Positions 1 to 8,734 of a stretch of DNA of 24,000 bases are shown here, piece by piece (positions within the stretch are counted from its first letter, which is position 1; each line of letters opens with the position of its first letter). Both the position numbers and the translations under genes were made by a program. Source of the stretch: an uncultured Ignavibacteriaceae bacterium (GTDB lineage: Bacteria > Bacteroidota > Ignavibacteria > UBA10030); contig CAZOIM010000004.1 of the NCBI GenBank assembly GCA_964579855.1, positions 24,198 to 48,197 on the forward strand. Direction: 5' to 3'. Under the pieces are notes generated by a model that made no database searches, was not told where the DNA came from, and was given only the letters and a program-made list of their open reading frames with translations.

Positions 1-496
1 ATCCCTGCTCCACGATTATCTTCACGGACTTTACGAAAGAGCGGTCATCCTTGGGCACAAGCTTCAACGTCGCTGTCCTTGAGTTCTTTTCTTTTCCTAC
101 ACTAAGCAGCGTTGCATAGTAGGTTTGCGGAAGATTAAGAAGGAAGCTTTCCGGCGAAATTGAGTTTTGATTTTCTTTGTACTTGTCAACGATGACCTGA
201 TTGTTCACCGGAGAATACAGCCACACAGTGATGCCATCAGTGACGATTGTCTCGTTTTCAGCCTCCATTCGGAGTTTCGTCGGCTTCTTGATCATGATGT
301 TGCCCGAGTACGTTTGCTCGATATCCGAAAAACCCAACTTCACATGCTTGGTGAACGATGCTGTCGCATCGTCAATCATCTCGTAGCGATTCTGCATCTT
401 GTCGGTGATGTCTTTTGCGGTTAAGTTATTCTCCTGAGCGTAAATTACCGAGGAAGAGATTGCAGCCAACAAGATATAGTTCAACAAGCGCGTCAT
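1..496 (-). CDS. lolA: Outer-membrane lipoprotein carrier protein LolA, C-terminus truncated by the window edge
   Basis: Absent from the ORF track because it has no stop in the window. My translation of the minus strand from the ATG at 496..494 stays open to position 1 (165 codons): MTRLLNYILLAAISSSVIYAQENNLTAKDITDKMQNRYEMIDDATASFTKHVKLGFSDIEQTYSGNIMIKKPTKLRMEAENETIVTDGITVWLYSPVNNQVIVDKYKENQ... It has a signal peptide (..VIYA|QE) and the LolA-family pattern (sG.i.ikkP.k.R.e.....iv.DG...W.Y.P...qv). The ATG overlaps the ftsK TGA (ATGA at 496..493). The ftsK-lolA adjacency matches E. coli. Confidence 0.75.
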   Translation of the reverse strand, partial: MTRLLNYILLAAISSSVIYAQENNLTAKDITDKMQNRYEMIDDATASFTKHVKLGFSDIEQTYSGNIMIKKPTKLRMEAENETIVTDGITVWLYSPVNNQVIVDKYKENQNSISPESFLLNLPQTYYATLLSVGKEKNSRTATLKLVPKDDRSFVKSVKIIVEQG

Positions 497-2928
497 ACAA
501 GATTTCTCAAAAGGGCTTCCAGTTCGGCCTCGGATTCACATAACACTTCGCGTGCTTTGCTGCCGTCGAACTGTCCGACAATGCCGGCGGCCTCGAGTTC
601 ATCAACGAGACGGGCTGCGCGCGAGTAACCGACCTTCAACCGCCGCTGAAGCAACGAGACGGAACCTTGCTGATGTCGGACGATGATTCGAGCTGCCTCC
701 TCAAACAATTCATCTCGAGCACCCCCCGATGCCCCCATCGAGGCTTTTCGATTCTCGAGCACTGATGGACACGTCGTTGGGTGATTGTATCCCTTCTGCT
801 TGCCGATATGATTGGTGATGCGCTCGACTTCGTCCGTGGAAATGTATGCGTTCTGAATCCGAATCGGCTTTGGATTTGCTGCCGGCAGGTACAGCATGTC
901 TCCGTTTCCGAGAAGTTGATCTGCACCGTTCATGTCAAGAATTGTTCGTGAGTCGGTCTTCGACGCAACCTGGTATGCGATACGCGCTGGGAAATTTGCT
1001 TTGATCACACCAGTAATCACGTCCACAGATGGACGTTGAGTTGCCAGTACAAGGTGAATGCCAACGGCGCGGGCAAGCTGCGCCAGTCTCGCAATCGGCT
1101 CCTCAACCTCGCGGGCAGCGGTGATCATCAAATCCGCAAGTTCGTCGACGATCACAATGATGAAAGGCAACTTTCGGTGTTTCGTCGTTTCCGTACTGAC
1201 CAAACGTCCTGATTTCAATCGTTCATTATAGTCGGCGATATTTCTCACGCCCGCTGAAGCGAGCAAGTCATATCGCTTGTCCATCTCCAATTCAATGCCT
1301 TTGAGGAGCAGGACAGCATTATTCGCCGAGGTCACAATCTCTTCATCAATGTCGGGCGACACCAGCAAGTAATGGCGTCGCAACCCTGCATAAAGCGTGA
1401 GTTCGATCTTTTTCGGGTCGATAATGGCGAATTTCAAATCGCTTGGATGGAGTTTATAGAGGAGGCTTGTAATGATGGTATTCACGCCAACGCTCTTTCC
1501 GGAACCTGTGGCTCCTGCGATAAGCAGGTGGGGCATCTTCGCAAGATCATCGACGAAGACTTCACCGGATATCGTTTTCCCCATGGCAATGGGCAACGTT
1601 GCCTTCGAATCCCGAAACTTCGCCGAATTGATGACACTTCGAATCGTCACAAGAGATGGATTGTGATTAGGTATCTCAACCCCCACCGTTCCTTTTCCCG
1701 GTATCGGCGCAATAATCCTGATTCCCTTCGCTTTCAATGCAAGGGCTATGTCATCCTGCAAGCTTTCAATCCTGCTGATCTTGACGCCGGTTGCGGGCAC
1801 AATTTCATACAACGTCACGACCGGACCAGGCGTGACGGCAACACTTTCGATGGCGACTCCAAAATCACTGAGCTTTGAACGAAGCAGCTCTGCGTTGGAT
1901 TTCAACTCCTCGTCGTCGATATTTTCCGCAGTGCGTACTGTGTCCAGGAGCTCAACTGATGGGAACACGTAATCTATCTCTTCTTCTTCCGGCTCTCCTT
2001 TTTTCCTGTCGTCGTAGTCAACCTCTTCTTCTTGGACGGACTCTTTGATCTCCATTGACAGACCGCTGTTTGTCTCGGGCTTCGGATCTGGCGTAACCAC
2101 GCGCGGAGAAGGAATTTGATTTTCCTGAATTGTCGATTTCGGAGGAGTTGCAACTGCTACGGGTTGAGGTCTGGCAACGCGGGGCGATGGAAGTTGAATC
2201 TCTTCGGCGGATTTCTTGATCTCCACTTTATGCCTCTTGGCCTCTGCCGATTTCTTTCGCAGAAGATCCAATCGGTTTTTCATCGAAAGCCGGAATGATG
2301 CAAATCCCACCAGCAGCGATCTCCAACTTGTGCGGAGCCTTTCGAGAGTTCTCTGAAAATCCAGGTCCAGCAGTAAAGTCAGAACGACAACGATTAACCC
2401 CGTGACCGCAATGACGGCACCCGTAAGACCAATGAGTTTCGAGAGGATTATGGAAATCGCTTCGCCAACTACCCCACTCCATTCACCCGGCAGATCTCCT
2501 TCAAAGCGACGGATGGTGCCTGTCAGCATCGAAAAGAGAATGACCAGTGCAATCGCATAGTTTGACGCAACGATAAGTTTGTGGAGATCCTTCTTGCGCA
2601 ACCACGTCCAAAACCAAACAAACCCAAGAATAGGAACTATGATGACTGAATAACCGACGGTGTAATTGATAAGGTAGTTCGAAATGATCGCTCCGACCAG
2701 ACTTAACCAATTGCCGGTTGCAACCGAGCGATCGAGAGAGACATCGTTGCTGAAGATTGAATTCCAGATATCCCTCAATCCAATTTCACCACGCGCCTGA
2801 TCGGCCGAGGTGTAGGAAACGAGAGAGAGAAATACCATTAACGAAACGACGATGCCGCAGAATGCCAATAACTGGCGTTTCTGGTTCAGATGGGATTTCG
2901 GGTGTTCGGATTCTTGAGGTGCAGACAT
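493..2928 (-). CDS. ftsK: DNA translocase FtsK/SpoIIIE
   Basis: 811 aa with an ATG start. N-terminal multi-TM region, then a Pro/Glu-rich linker. The motor domain has Walker A GATGSGKS and Walker B IIVIVDELADL. The C-terminal gamma winged-helix reads SVSLLQRRLKVGYSRAARLVDELEAAGIVG. Confidence 0.95.
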   Translation of the reverse strand: MSAPQESEHPKSHLNQKRQLLAFCGIVVSLMVFLSLVSYTSADQARGEIGLRDIWNSIFSNDVSLDRSVATGNWLSLVGAIISNYLINYTVGYSVIIVPILGFVWFWTWLRKKDLHKLIVASNYAIALVILFSMLTGTIRRFEGDLPGEWSGVVGEAISIILSKLIGLTGAVIAVTGLIVVVLTLLLDLDFQRTLERLRTSWRSLLVGFASFRLSMKNRLDLLRKKSAEAKRHKVEIKKSAEEIQLPSPRVARPQPVAVATPPKSTIQENQIPSPRVVTPDPKPETNSGLSMEIKESVQEEEVDYDDRKKGEPEEEEIDYVFPSVELLDTVRTAENIDDEELKSNAELLRSKLSDFGVAIESVAVTPGPVVTLYEIVPATGVKISRIESLQDDIALALKAKGIRIIAPIPGKGTVGVEIPNHNPSLVTIRSVINSAKFRDSKATLPIAMGKTISGEVFVDDLAKMPHLLIAGATGSGKSVGVNTIITSLLYKLHPSDLKFAIIDPKKIELTLYAGLRRHYLLVSPDIDEEIVTSANNAVLLLKGIELEMDKRYDLLASAGVRNIADYNERLKSGRLVSTETTKHRKLPFIIVIVDELADLMITAAREVEEPIARLAQLARAVGIHLVLATQRPSVDVITGVIKANFPARIAYQVASKTDSRTILDMNGADQLLGNGDMLYLPAANPKPIRIQNAYISTDEVERITNHIGKQKGYNHPTTCPSVLENRKASMGASGGARDELFEEAARIIVRHQQGSVSLLQRRLKVGYSRAARLVDELEAAGIVGQFDGSKAREVLCESEAELEALLRNLV

Positions 2929-2949
2929 TGTGGCACGCGGTTGGCGAGT

Positions 2950-3729
2950 CTATTTCTCTTGTGATGTAATCGACAAATCGATTTGCCGCGTTTCTTCTTT
3001 TTTCAGCTTAATGACAGTTCCCACCAGAACGGGAAGAACAGGGATCGAATCGACGGCTCCACAAATCTTCAAATCATCCCCAAACCCGATTTCAGCCAAA
3101 TAGAGTCCCTGATCACAAGATTTTAAGAGCTTGGGCAACGATCGACCGAGGTTTCGGTATAACAGCAGCGACGCCCTGGCAGAATCACTCATGTCGATCT
3201 GCGAAGATTCGTCATCCTGGAGCCTGTTGAGAATCATTCCTGCACAAACGGCATCTTCCAGGCTGAAATTGCCCAACGAGCCGGCCTTTCCCGCACAGAC
3301 GATCGAAAAATCTCCGCCAATTTCCCGAATGTACTCCACGATGACGGAGATGTTCACAAAGGAGGCAATCGCGAGGTTTCGGGCATAGCGACTCTTATGC
3401 ATCGCCACCGATCCATTCGTAGAGCAGAAGATGATCGATTTTCCGTTCACGTTCGAAAAAGAATATTCCTTCGGTGAGTTGCCGAGATTGAATCCGTCGA
3501 TCATTTTTCCGTTCCGCTCTCCACCCCGCAGCGTCACCTCGCCGAACAGACTTCCAGAGATTTTTACAGCAGATTCTATGCTCGAAACGGGAATGATTTC
3601 ACGGGCTCCATTGTGCAGTGCCACAGCCACAGTCGTGCTGGAACGAAGAACATCGATGACAACGATATTCTTGTCCCTCAGCTGAAGCTCGTCAAGTTGT
3701 CCGGAAGAAAATGTCACGTCAATCTTCAT
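2950..3729 (-). CDS. comB: 2-phosphosulfolactate phosphatase (ComB) family protein
   Basis: 259 aa with an ATG start. Family-typical N-terminus (VVIDVLRSSTTVAVAL..GAREIIPV) and the GERNG...DGFNLGNSP motif. An SD-like AGGGAG lies 7 nt upstream. Confidence 0.75.
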   Translation of the reverse strand: MKIDVTFSSGQLDELQLRDKNIVVIDVLRSSTTVAVALHNGAREIIPVSSIESAVKISGSLFGEVTLRGGERNGKMIDGFNLGNSPKEYSFSNVNGKSIIFCSTNGSVAMHKSRYARNLAIASFVNISVIVEYIREIGGDFSIVCAGKAGSLGNFSLEDAVCAGMILNRLQDDESSQIDMSDSARASLLLYRNLGRSLPKLLKSCDQGLYLAEIGFGDDLKICGAVDSIPVLPVLVGTVIKLKKEETRQIDLSITSQEK

Positions 3730-3748
3730 TCAGCGCTCCCTGGCGATA

Positions 3749-4831
3749 CTACTTGTGGAGAAATGGAACTTTCACAACGGTTGCAGGAGTCTCCTTACCC
3801 CGAATCGAAACATTCACACTCGAACCTGGTTCTGCGAACAACGTACTCACGTATCCCATAGCAACAGATTTTTGAAGCGACGGGGAGAACGTTCCACTGG
3901 TGACGTGACCGATGGTCGACCCATTGTTGTTGAGTGAAAACCCGTGACGGGCGATATTCTTTTCGGGAAGCGTCAAGCCGACAAGCTTTCGCTTCAAGCC
4001 GGATTCCTTAGCCTTCAGCATCGGTTCTCTTCCCAGGAATTCTCCTTTGTTCAATTTGGTGATCCAACCAAGTCCTGCTTCGAGCGGATGCGTTGTCTGG
4101 TCAATGTCGTTTCCATAGAGACAGAATCCCATTTCGAGCCTCAGTGTATCACGAGCGCCGAGCCCAATCGGTCCAACCCCGAATTCCTTGCCCGCACCAA
4201 ACACCGCATTCCACACTTTCGTACCCGTCGCCTGGCTCGAATCAAAATAGATCTCAAATCCAAGTTCACCGGTGTATCCCGTTCTCGAAATAATCATCGG
4301 AACACCAGCCACGGTTCCGCGGGTGAAATGATAGTACTCGATGGGCGCAAGAGGGACATCCGTCAGTTTCTGAAGCAAATCACGCGAGTGGGGTCCCTGA
4401 ATTGCCAGCAGCGAGTAGTCGTCACTCACGTTCTTGAGTTGAACGTCTCCCCTGAGCTGCGATTTCAACCAGCTGAAATCCTTTTCGATATTCGAGGCGT
4501 TTACGACAAGCATGTAGTGATCGCCGGCATTGTATACAAGGAGATCATCGACGATGCCTCCGTCAGCATAACACATAGCCGAGTATTGGATTTTCCCTTC
4601 GGTTAATTTCGAAACATCGTTGACCGTTGTCCGCTGGAGGAATTGAAGAGCATCGTTCCCCCGAACCACAAACTCACCCATATGAGAGACGTCGAACACC
4701 CCTACCTTGTTCCGCACCGTAAGATGTTCGTCCATGATTCCGGTATACTGAACGGGCATTTCGTATCCGGCAAAATCGACGATCTTTGCGCCGAGTGATT
4801 TATGAATGTCGTAAAACGCTGTACGCTTCAT
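3749..4831 (-). CDS. gcvT: Glycine cleavage system aminomethyltransferase (T protein)
   Basis: 360 aa, alignable by eye along its length to E. coli GcvT: FDVSHMG, GYTGELGFEI, GLGARDTLRLEMG, TSGTFSPSL. Confidence 0.92.
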   Translation of the reverse strand: MKRTAFYDIHKSLGAKIVDFAGYEMPVQYTGIMDEHLTVRNKVGVFDVSHMGEFVVRGNDALQFLQRTTVNDVSKLTEGKIQYSAMCYADGGIVDDLLVYNAGDHYMLVVNASNIEKDFSWLKSQLRGDVQLKNVSDDYSLLAIQGPHSRDLLQKLTDVPLAPIEYYHFTRGTVAGVPMIISRTGYTGELGFEIYFDSSQATGTKVWNAVFGAGKEFGVGPIGLGARDTLRLEMGFCLYGNDIDQTTHPLEAGLGWITKLNKGEFLGREPMLKAKESGLKRKLVGLTLPEKNIARHGFSLNNNGSTIGHVTSGTFSPSLQKSVAMGYVSTLFAEPGSSVNVSIRGKETPATVVKVPFLHK

Positions 4832-4834
4832 GAC

Positions 4835-5482
4835 TTATTTCGACTGAGATTTCTTCCAATCCGCCAGGAATCGTTCGAGGCCGAGATCGGTAAGAGGGTG
4901 TTTAATGAGTTGATCAATGACTTTGAATGGAATTGTGCAAATATGAGCCCCGATCATTGCCGCCTCCACGACGTGCAGCGGATGTCGAACGCTCGCCACG
5001 AGCACTTCCGTCTGAAAATTGTAGTTCTTGTAGATCGTAACAATTTGACTGATCAGTTGCATACCATTCGTGCTGATGTCGTCGAGTCTGCCGATGAATG
5101 GACTGATGAAATATGCACCGGCTTTTGCGGCCATCAACGCCTGGTTTGGCGAAAAACAAAGTGTAACATTCGTGCGAATTCCTTCAGCCTTCAACGCTTT
5201 GACCGCTTTCAAGCCTTCTTTGATCAACGGCACTTTGACCACAATGTTCTTGTGTATCTTTGCAAGATCCCGGCCTTCTTTCATCATTCCGTCGAAGTCC
5301 GTGGATACGACTTCAGCACTAATAGGGCCGTCGACTATTGCACAAATTTCTCTCAGCAATGTCTTGAATTCTTTACCTTCCTTCGCCACCAGGCTTGGGT
5401 TGGTCGTCACGCCGTCCAGAACTCCTAGGCTCTCTGCTTCCTTAATTTCGTTGATATTTGCGCTATCAATAAAAAATTTCAT
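4835..5482 (-). CDS. tal: Short-type transaldolase / fructose-6-phosphate aldolase
   Basis: 215 aa. [16 protein letters not shown]...GVTTNPSL and the Schiff-base lysine context NIVVKVP. Size and motifs fit the ~215-aa TalC/Fsa subfamily. Confidence 0.9.
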   Translation of the reverse strand: MKFFIDSANINEIKEAESLGVLDGVTTNPSLVAKEGKEFKTLLREICAIVDGPISAEVVSTDFDGMMKEGRDLAKIHKNIVVKVPLIKEGLKAVKALKAEGIRTNVTLCFSPNQALMAAKAGAYFISPFIGRLDDISTNGMQLISQIVTIYKNYNFQTEVLVASVRHPLHVVEAAMIGAHICTIPFKVIDQLIKHPLTDLGLERFLADWKKSQSK

Positions 5483-5504
5483 TGTACGGTCCTTGCGTTG
5501 TGGT

Positions 5505-7145
5505 CTATATTCTGTATTGTTCGGTTACATCTTTCTTTTGCCTGACTGAAACAAACTTAAAATCGTCCATCGGAATTGAAGGATCCGGGATCATTTTTAC
5601 CTTCACCAGGAACTTAAATTGAATCTTTGTCATCCGGCTGATTGTGCCCTGCGTGAGATACTGTGCGATCGTGGGATTAGTACGCAATTCAATTCGGAAT
5701 TCCTTGCTCTCAGATTTAAACCTCTTGATCCAACGCTCAATCTGGTTGATTGTCGTCGCCTTCGATTGAACCAGCCCAGTACCGCCGCACGTTGGGCACG
5801 CTTCGCTGAAACTCAAATGGACACTCTGGCGGATGCGTTGACGAGTAATCTGGACCAATCCGAATTCGGTCATCGGCAGCACCGTAACCTTGGCCCTATC
5901 CCGCCTGAGTTCCTTCTTCATCTCATCGTAGATCTTCTTTTTGTTCTTTTCATCATCAAGGTCGATGAAATCGATCACAATAAGACCGCCCACATCCCGA
6001 AGCCGAAGCTGTCGACACACTTCCCGCGATGCTTCGAGGTTTGTTTTTAGAGAGTTTTGTTCCTGCTCTTTTTTCGCAGCGTAGCGGCCGCTGTTCACAT
6101 CGATCACGGTCATCGCTTCGGTTTTTTCGATGTAGAGGTATCCGCCGCTCTTAAGCCAGACCTTCTTGCTGAGCAGCGACTGGATGTCTTTTTCAACACC
6201 ATAGCGATCGAAGATTGGTTCCTTGTCGTGAAAATGTTCCACACGATCCAGCATGTCCGGAGACATCCACTGGACGTACGACTTTATTTCCTTGAACAAC
6301 TTCTTGTCGTCAACGACGACGTGTTCCACGGAATCCGAAAAAAGATCGCGGATCACGCTGGAGGTCGTGTTCATATCCTTGTAAATGAGGGCCGGAGCCT
6401 TCACGGACTTGACGCTTTTCTCGATGTTGTTCCAGTTCTTAATCAGTTCATCGAGGTCTTGCTTGATCATTTCTTCGTCTTTGCCTTCGGCAACGGTCCG
6501 GATGATAGCACCAAAACCTTCCGGCAGGAAATTTCTTACGAGTTTTCTGAGTCTCCGCTTTTCTTTGAAGTTGGAGACCTTTTTTGAAACGCCAACCTTT
6601 CCATCAAACGGAAGGAGAACGAGGAATCTTCCTGGTAACGAAAGTGCCGAACGAACTCTTACACCTTTCTTTCCGACCGGTTCCTTCGTAATCTGCACAA
6701 GGATATCCTGGCCCTTCTGAAGATTCACAGGGGGTTCCGGGCGATGTTCCCGGCGGTTGCGCCTATCGACGACCGCGACTTCCGTGGTTGCGCTTGAAGC
6801 CGGGACCGAGCCATTCTCCTTCTCAGGAGCATTCACGACGGGCTGAGCAATCGCATGCGGCTCTCCACCTTCTTCCTCATCGTCGTCATCGTCGTCGAAC
6901 AGTGCACTGTATTCTTCGATGTGGCCGATGTCGGAAAAATGGAGAAAGGCGTCTTGTTGAAGACCAATGTTGATGAAGGCGGCACGAATGCCGGGCATGA
7001 CTTTTGCGACAGATCCAAGATAGATGTCCCCAACATTCCGGTCTTTACCGGGGACTTCTACAAATAACTCGGCAAGTTTGCCGTCTTCAAGGATTGCGAT
7101 CCGATGCTCGTTCGCAGTGGAGTTGATGATGATGTCTTTTTTCAT
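5505..7145 (-). CDS. rng: Rne/Rng-family ribonuclease (RNase G-like)
   Basis: 546 aa. S1 domain ([23 protein letters not shown]), catalytic region ([12 protein letters not shown]) and Zn-link CPTCGGTG. Carries an acidic/disordered insertion (see findings). Confidence 0.9.
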   Translation of the reverse strand: MKKDIIINSTANEHRIAILEDGKLAELFVEVPGKDRNVGDIYLGSVAKVMPGIRAAFINIGLQQDAFLHFSDIGHIEEYSALFDDDDDDEEEGGEPHAIAQPVVNAPEKENGSVPASSATTEVAVVDRRNRREHRPEPPVNLQKGQDILVQITKEPVGKKGVRVRSALSLPGRFLVLLPFDGKVGVSKKVSNFKEKRRLRKLVRNFLPEGFGAIIRTVAEGKDEEMIKQDLDELIKNWNNIEKSVKSVKAPALIYKDMNTTSSVIRDLFSDSVEHVVVDDKKLFKEIKSYVQWMSPDMLDRVEHFHDKEPIFDRYGVEKDIQSLLSKKVWLKSGGYLYIEKTEAMTVIDVNSGRYAAKKEQEQNSLKTNLEASREVCRQLRLRDVGGLIVIDFIDLDDEKNKKKIYDEMKKELRRDRAKVTVLPMTEFGLVQITRQRIRQSVHLSFSEACPTCGGTGLVQSKATTINQIERWIKRFKSESKEFRIELRTNPTIAQYLTQGTISRMTKIQFKFLVKVKMIPDPSIPMDDFKFVSVRQKKDVTEQYRI

Positions 7146-7488
7146 GGGAGCTTTGTAACCACGTCAGCCTACGGTTGAAGGACAGAGTACGGATGTTCTC
7201 TTGGCGACGTGGATCAAGCCCGATGGCTTGCGGTACTGGACCGCGGCGGGACGACATTTGTCTTTGTGTCTCTCCAAATCGCTTTGAGTGATGCGCATTC
7301 ACGTTATACAAACGTAGAATACCCAAACGCGCAAGACTGGTGGTAATGATTATATGTATGAGGGCAAGGAACATAGGGATGATTAAGTCCGCTTTCATTC
7401 ACTCCCTGCAATTGAATAGGCTGCGGAATTGCCTTTACGTTGCGGATAAATTGTTAATGAAAATCCAACACCTGTTGAATATAAAAAA

Positions 7489-7590
7489 GAGGCCAAGCTT
7501 CCCTGTGTCACACAAAACTCTTTTCCGACCGTTGCTTCCTTCCGGACCTGGCGGGGTTGAGCAACGTCTTGTTGCACAGGACTTGACCTC
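7489..7590 (-). ncRNA. ffs: Signal recognition particle RNA, small 4.5S type
   Basis: The minus strand reads GAGGTCAAGTCCTGTGCAACAAGACGTTGCTCAACCCCGCCAGGTCCGGAAGGAAGCAACGGTCGG...CACAGGGAAGCTTGGCCTC. It contains the conserved helix-8 core AGGUCC-GGAA-GGAAGCA (plus-strand 7531..7551) with a GGAA tetraloop. A 9-bp terminal stem pairs GAGGTCAAG (7590->7582) with CTTGGCCTC (7497->7489). A T6 run follows immediately (7488->7483), so the closing helix can also act as an intrinsic terminator. Ends are +/- a few nt. Confidence 0.8.
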
Positions 7591-7695
7591 ATCACTTGGA
7601 CATCTCGAATCTATGCATTGATCACTCTTGACACTACACTCTGGAAAGGCTGAGAGACCAGTCAGCTGCTGCGTTTCTCCTCAGCACACCGTTCG

Positions 7696-7769
7696 TGGAG
7701 CTGATCGGGATCGAACCGACGACCTCTTCGTTGCGAACGAAGCGCTCTCCCAAGCTGAGCTACAGCCCC
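7696..7769 (-). tRNA. tRNA-Ala (anticodon CGC)
   Basis: The reverse complement is GGGGCTGTAGCTCAGCTTGGGAGAGCGCTTCGTTCGCAACGAAGAGGTCGTCGGTTCGATCCCGATCAGCTCCA (74 nt). It folds as a full cloverleaf: 7-bp acceptor stem with the G3:U70 alanine identity pair, anticodon stem CTTCG/CGAAG with loop TTCGCAA (CGC), and T-arm GTCGG-TTCGATC-CCGAT. No CCA is encoded. Confidence 0.95.
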
Positions 7770-7790
7770 TTAGGACTCGTTTACTTTTTC

Positions 7791-7819
7791 AAGATAGTAA
7801 ACTTTGGCTTCTAAGGCAA
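7791..7819 (-). promoter_or_regulatory. Sigma70-like promoter upstream of tRNA-Ala, possibly driving tRNA-Ala plus SRP RNA
   Basis: Minus strand has TTGCCT (7819->7814), a 17-nt spacer, then TATCTT (7796->7791). The -10 ends 21 nt before tRNA position 1. Confidence 0.5.
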
Positions 7820-7874
7820 CTTAGAGCATTTCATTAAACCAGAATTGAATCCACGGTCAACAATCAGTTCAAAA

Positions 7875-7903
7875 TTGACTATCCGTCCACTTTTGTTTAA
7901 GAT
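7875..7903 (+). promoter_or_regulatory. Sigma70-like promoter for mazG
   Basis: TTGACT (7875..7880), a 17-nt spacer, then TAAGAT (7898..7903). The ATG lies 36 nt downstream and is preceded by AGGAG. Confidence 0.5.
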
Positions 7904-7938
7904 GGCGTGGGCTATTCTCATCATAGTAGGAGAATTCA

Positions 7939-8715
7939 ATGGAAGATAAGTCTGCCGAGTTGCTATTCTCGGAATATATGGCCGTCATTCGAAGGTTACG
8001 GAAGGAATGTCCGTGGGACCGACAACAGACTCACGAGTCTCTCCGATCGCCGTTGATCGAAGAAACTTACGAGGTCATTGAAGCCATCGCAGATCGCAAT
8101 CCGGATCACTTGCGCAGCGAATTGGGCGATCTTCTCCTCCACGTAGCCCTCCAGGCCGAAATTGCAACGGAAGAGAGCTGGTTTACCATGGCGGATGTCC
8201 TTGCACACGCAAAAGAAAAAATGATTCGCCGCCACCCTCACATCTTTGAAAATGTGGAAGCAATCGATGAGCACGCCGTACGCAAGAACTGGGAGGAGAT
8301 CAAACGCGGGGAAGGAAAGACTTCTATTCTTGACGGAGTACCATTGGAATTACCCGCACTCATCAGGGCTCAACGAACACAGGAGAAAGCATCGGCGGTG
8401 GGATTCGATTGGAAGAACAAATCCGAAGTCTGGAAGAAAGTCGAGGAAGAGTTGGAAGAGCTGAAAGAGGCTGAACAGACTGGCAATACAGAACTCGTGG
8501 AGCAGGAATTCGGGGATATCCTCTTTGCGTTCGTTAATTACTCGCGATTTCTACGCGTCAATCCGGAATTCGCCCTCCGAAAATCCGTCGACAAATTTGG
8601 ACGGAGATTCCAATTCATCGAGGAAGCGCTCAGACAACGAGGGAAGAGTCCTAGCCAGAGCAGTCTTGAAGAAATGGACTTATTGTGGGGTGAAGCGAAG
8701 AAGCAGATAGGATAG
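7939..8715 (+). CDS. mazG: Nucleoside triphosphate pyrophosphohydrolase MazG (tandem MazG domains)
   Basis: 258 aa. LRKECPWDRQQTHESLRSPLIEETYEVIEAI and ELGDLLLHV in domain 1. A second EExxE/D-type region (VEEELEELKEA...EFGDILFAFVN) in domain 2. Size is typical of full-length bacterial MazG. Confidence 0.9.
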   Translation: MEDKSAELLFSEYMAVIRRLRKECPWDRQQTHESLRSPLIEETYEVIEAIADRNPDHLRSELGDLLLHVALQAEIATEESWFTMADVLAHAKEKMIRRHPHIFENVEAIDEHAVRKNWEEIKRGEGKTSILDGVPLELPALIRAQRTQEKASAVGFDWKNKSEVWKKVEEELEELKEAEQTGNTELVEQEFGDILFAFVNYSRFLRVNPEFALRKSVDKFGRRFQFIEEALRQRGKSPSQSSLEEMDLLWGEAKKQIG

Positions 8716-8734
8716 AAATAGAACAACCTCATTC

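Noticed and set aside
167-424. Plus-strand ORFs 167..424 and 201..386 at the left edge
   Set aside because: They lie antisense within the uninterrupted minus-strand LolA reading frame, which has a signal peptide and family motifs. The plus-strand products look random.
1372-1878. Long plus-strand ORFs of 160-220 aa lying antisense inside real genes: 1372..1878, 3944..4606, 4802..5428, 6057..6587, 11871..12449 and 16650..17231
   Set aside because: I checked the phase, and each is in the codon-aligned antisense frame of the minus-strand gene it overlaps. For example, (4831-3946), (5482-4804), (17219-16652), (2928-1374), (7145-6059) and (13811-11873) are all multiples of 3. In that frame a stop requires a sense TTA, CTA or TCA codon, which these genes rarely use, so long shadow ORFs are expected. 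Their translations are low-complexity and carry no recognisable motifs.
7087-7398. 103-aa minus-strand ORF in the rng leader, with an AGGGAG 3 nt upstream and a hydrophobic N-terminus (MKADLIIPMFLALIHIIITTSLA...)
   Set aside because: It overlaps the rng start by 59 nt out of frame. The SD spacing is too short. The C-terminal two-thirds is Arg/His/Gln-rich with no structure-like pattern. It also contains the candidate rng -10 element. It remains a weak upstream-ORF candidate, best tested by ribosome profiling.
7340-7837. ORFs 7340..7621(+), 7395..7595(-) and 7628..7837(+)
   Set aside because: They overlap the SRP RNA and the tRNA-Ala gene. The RNA folds and conserved motifs account for the sequence.
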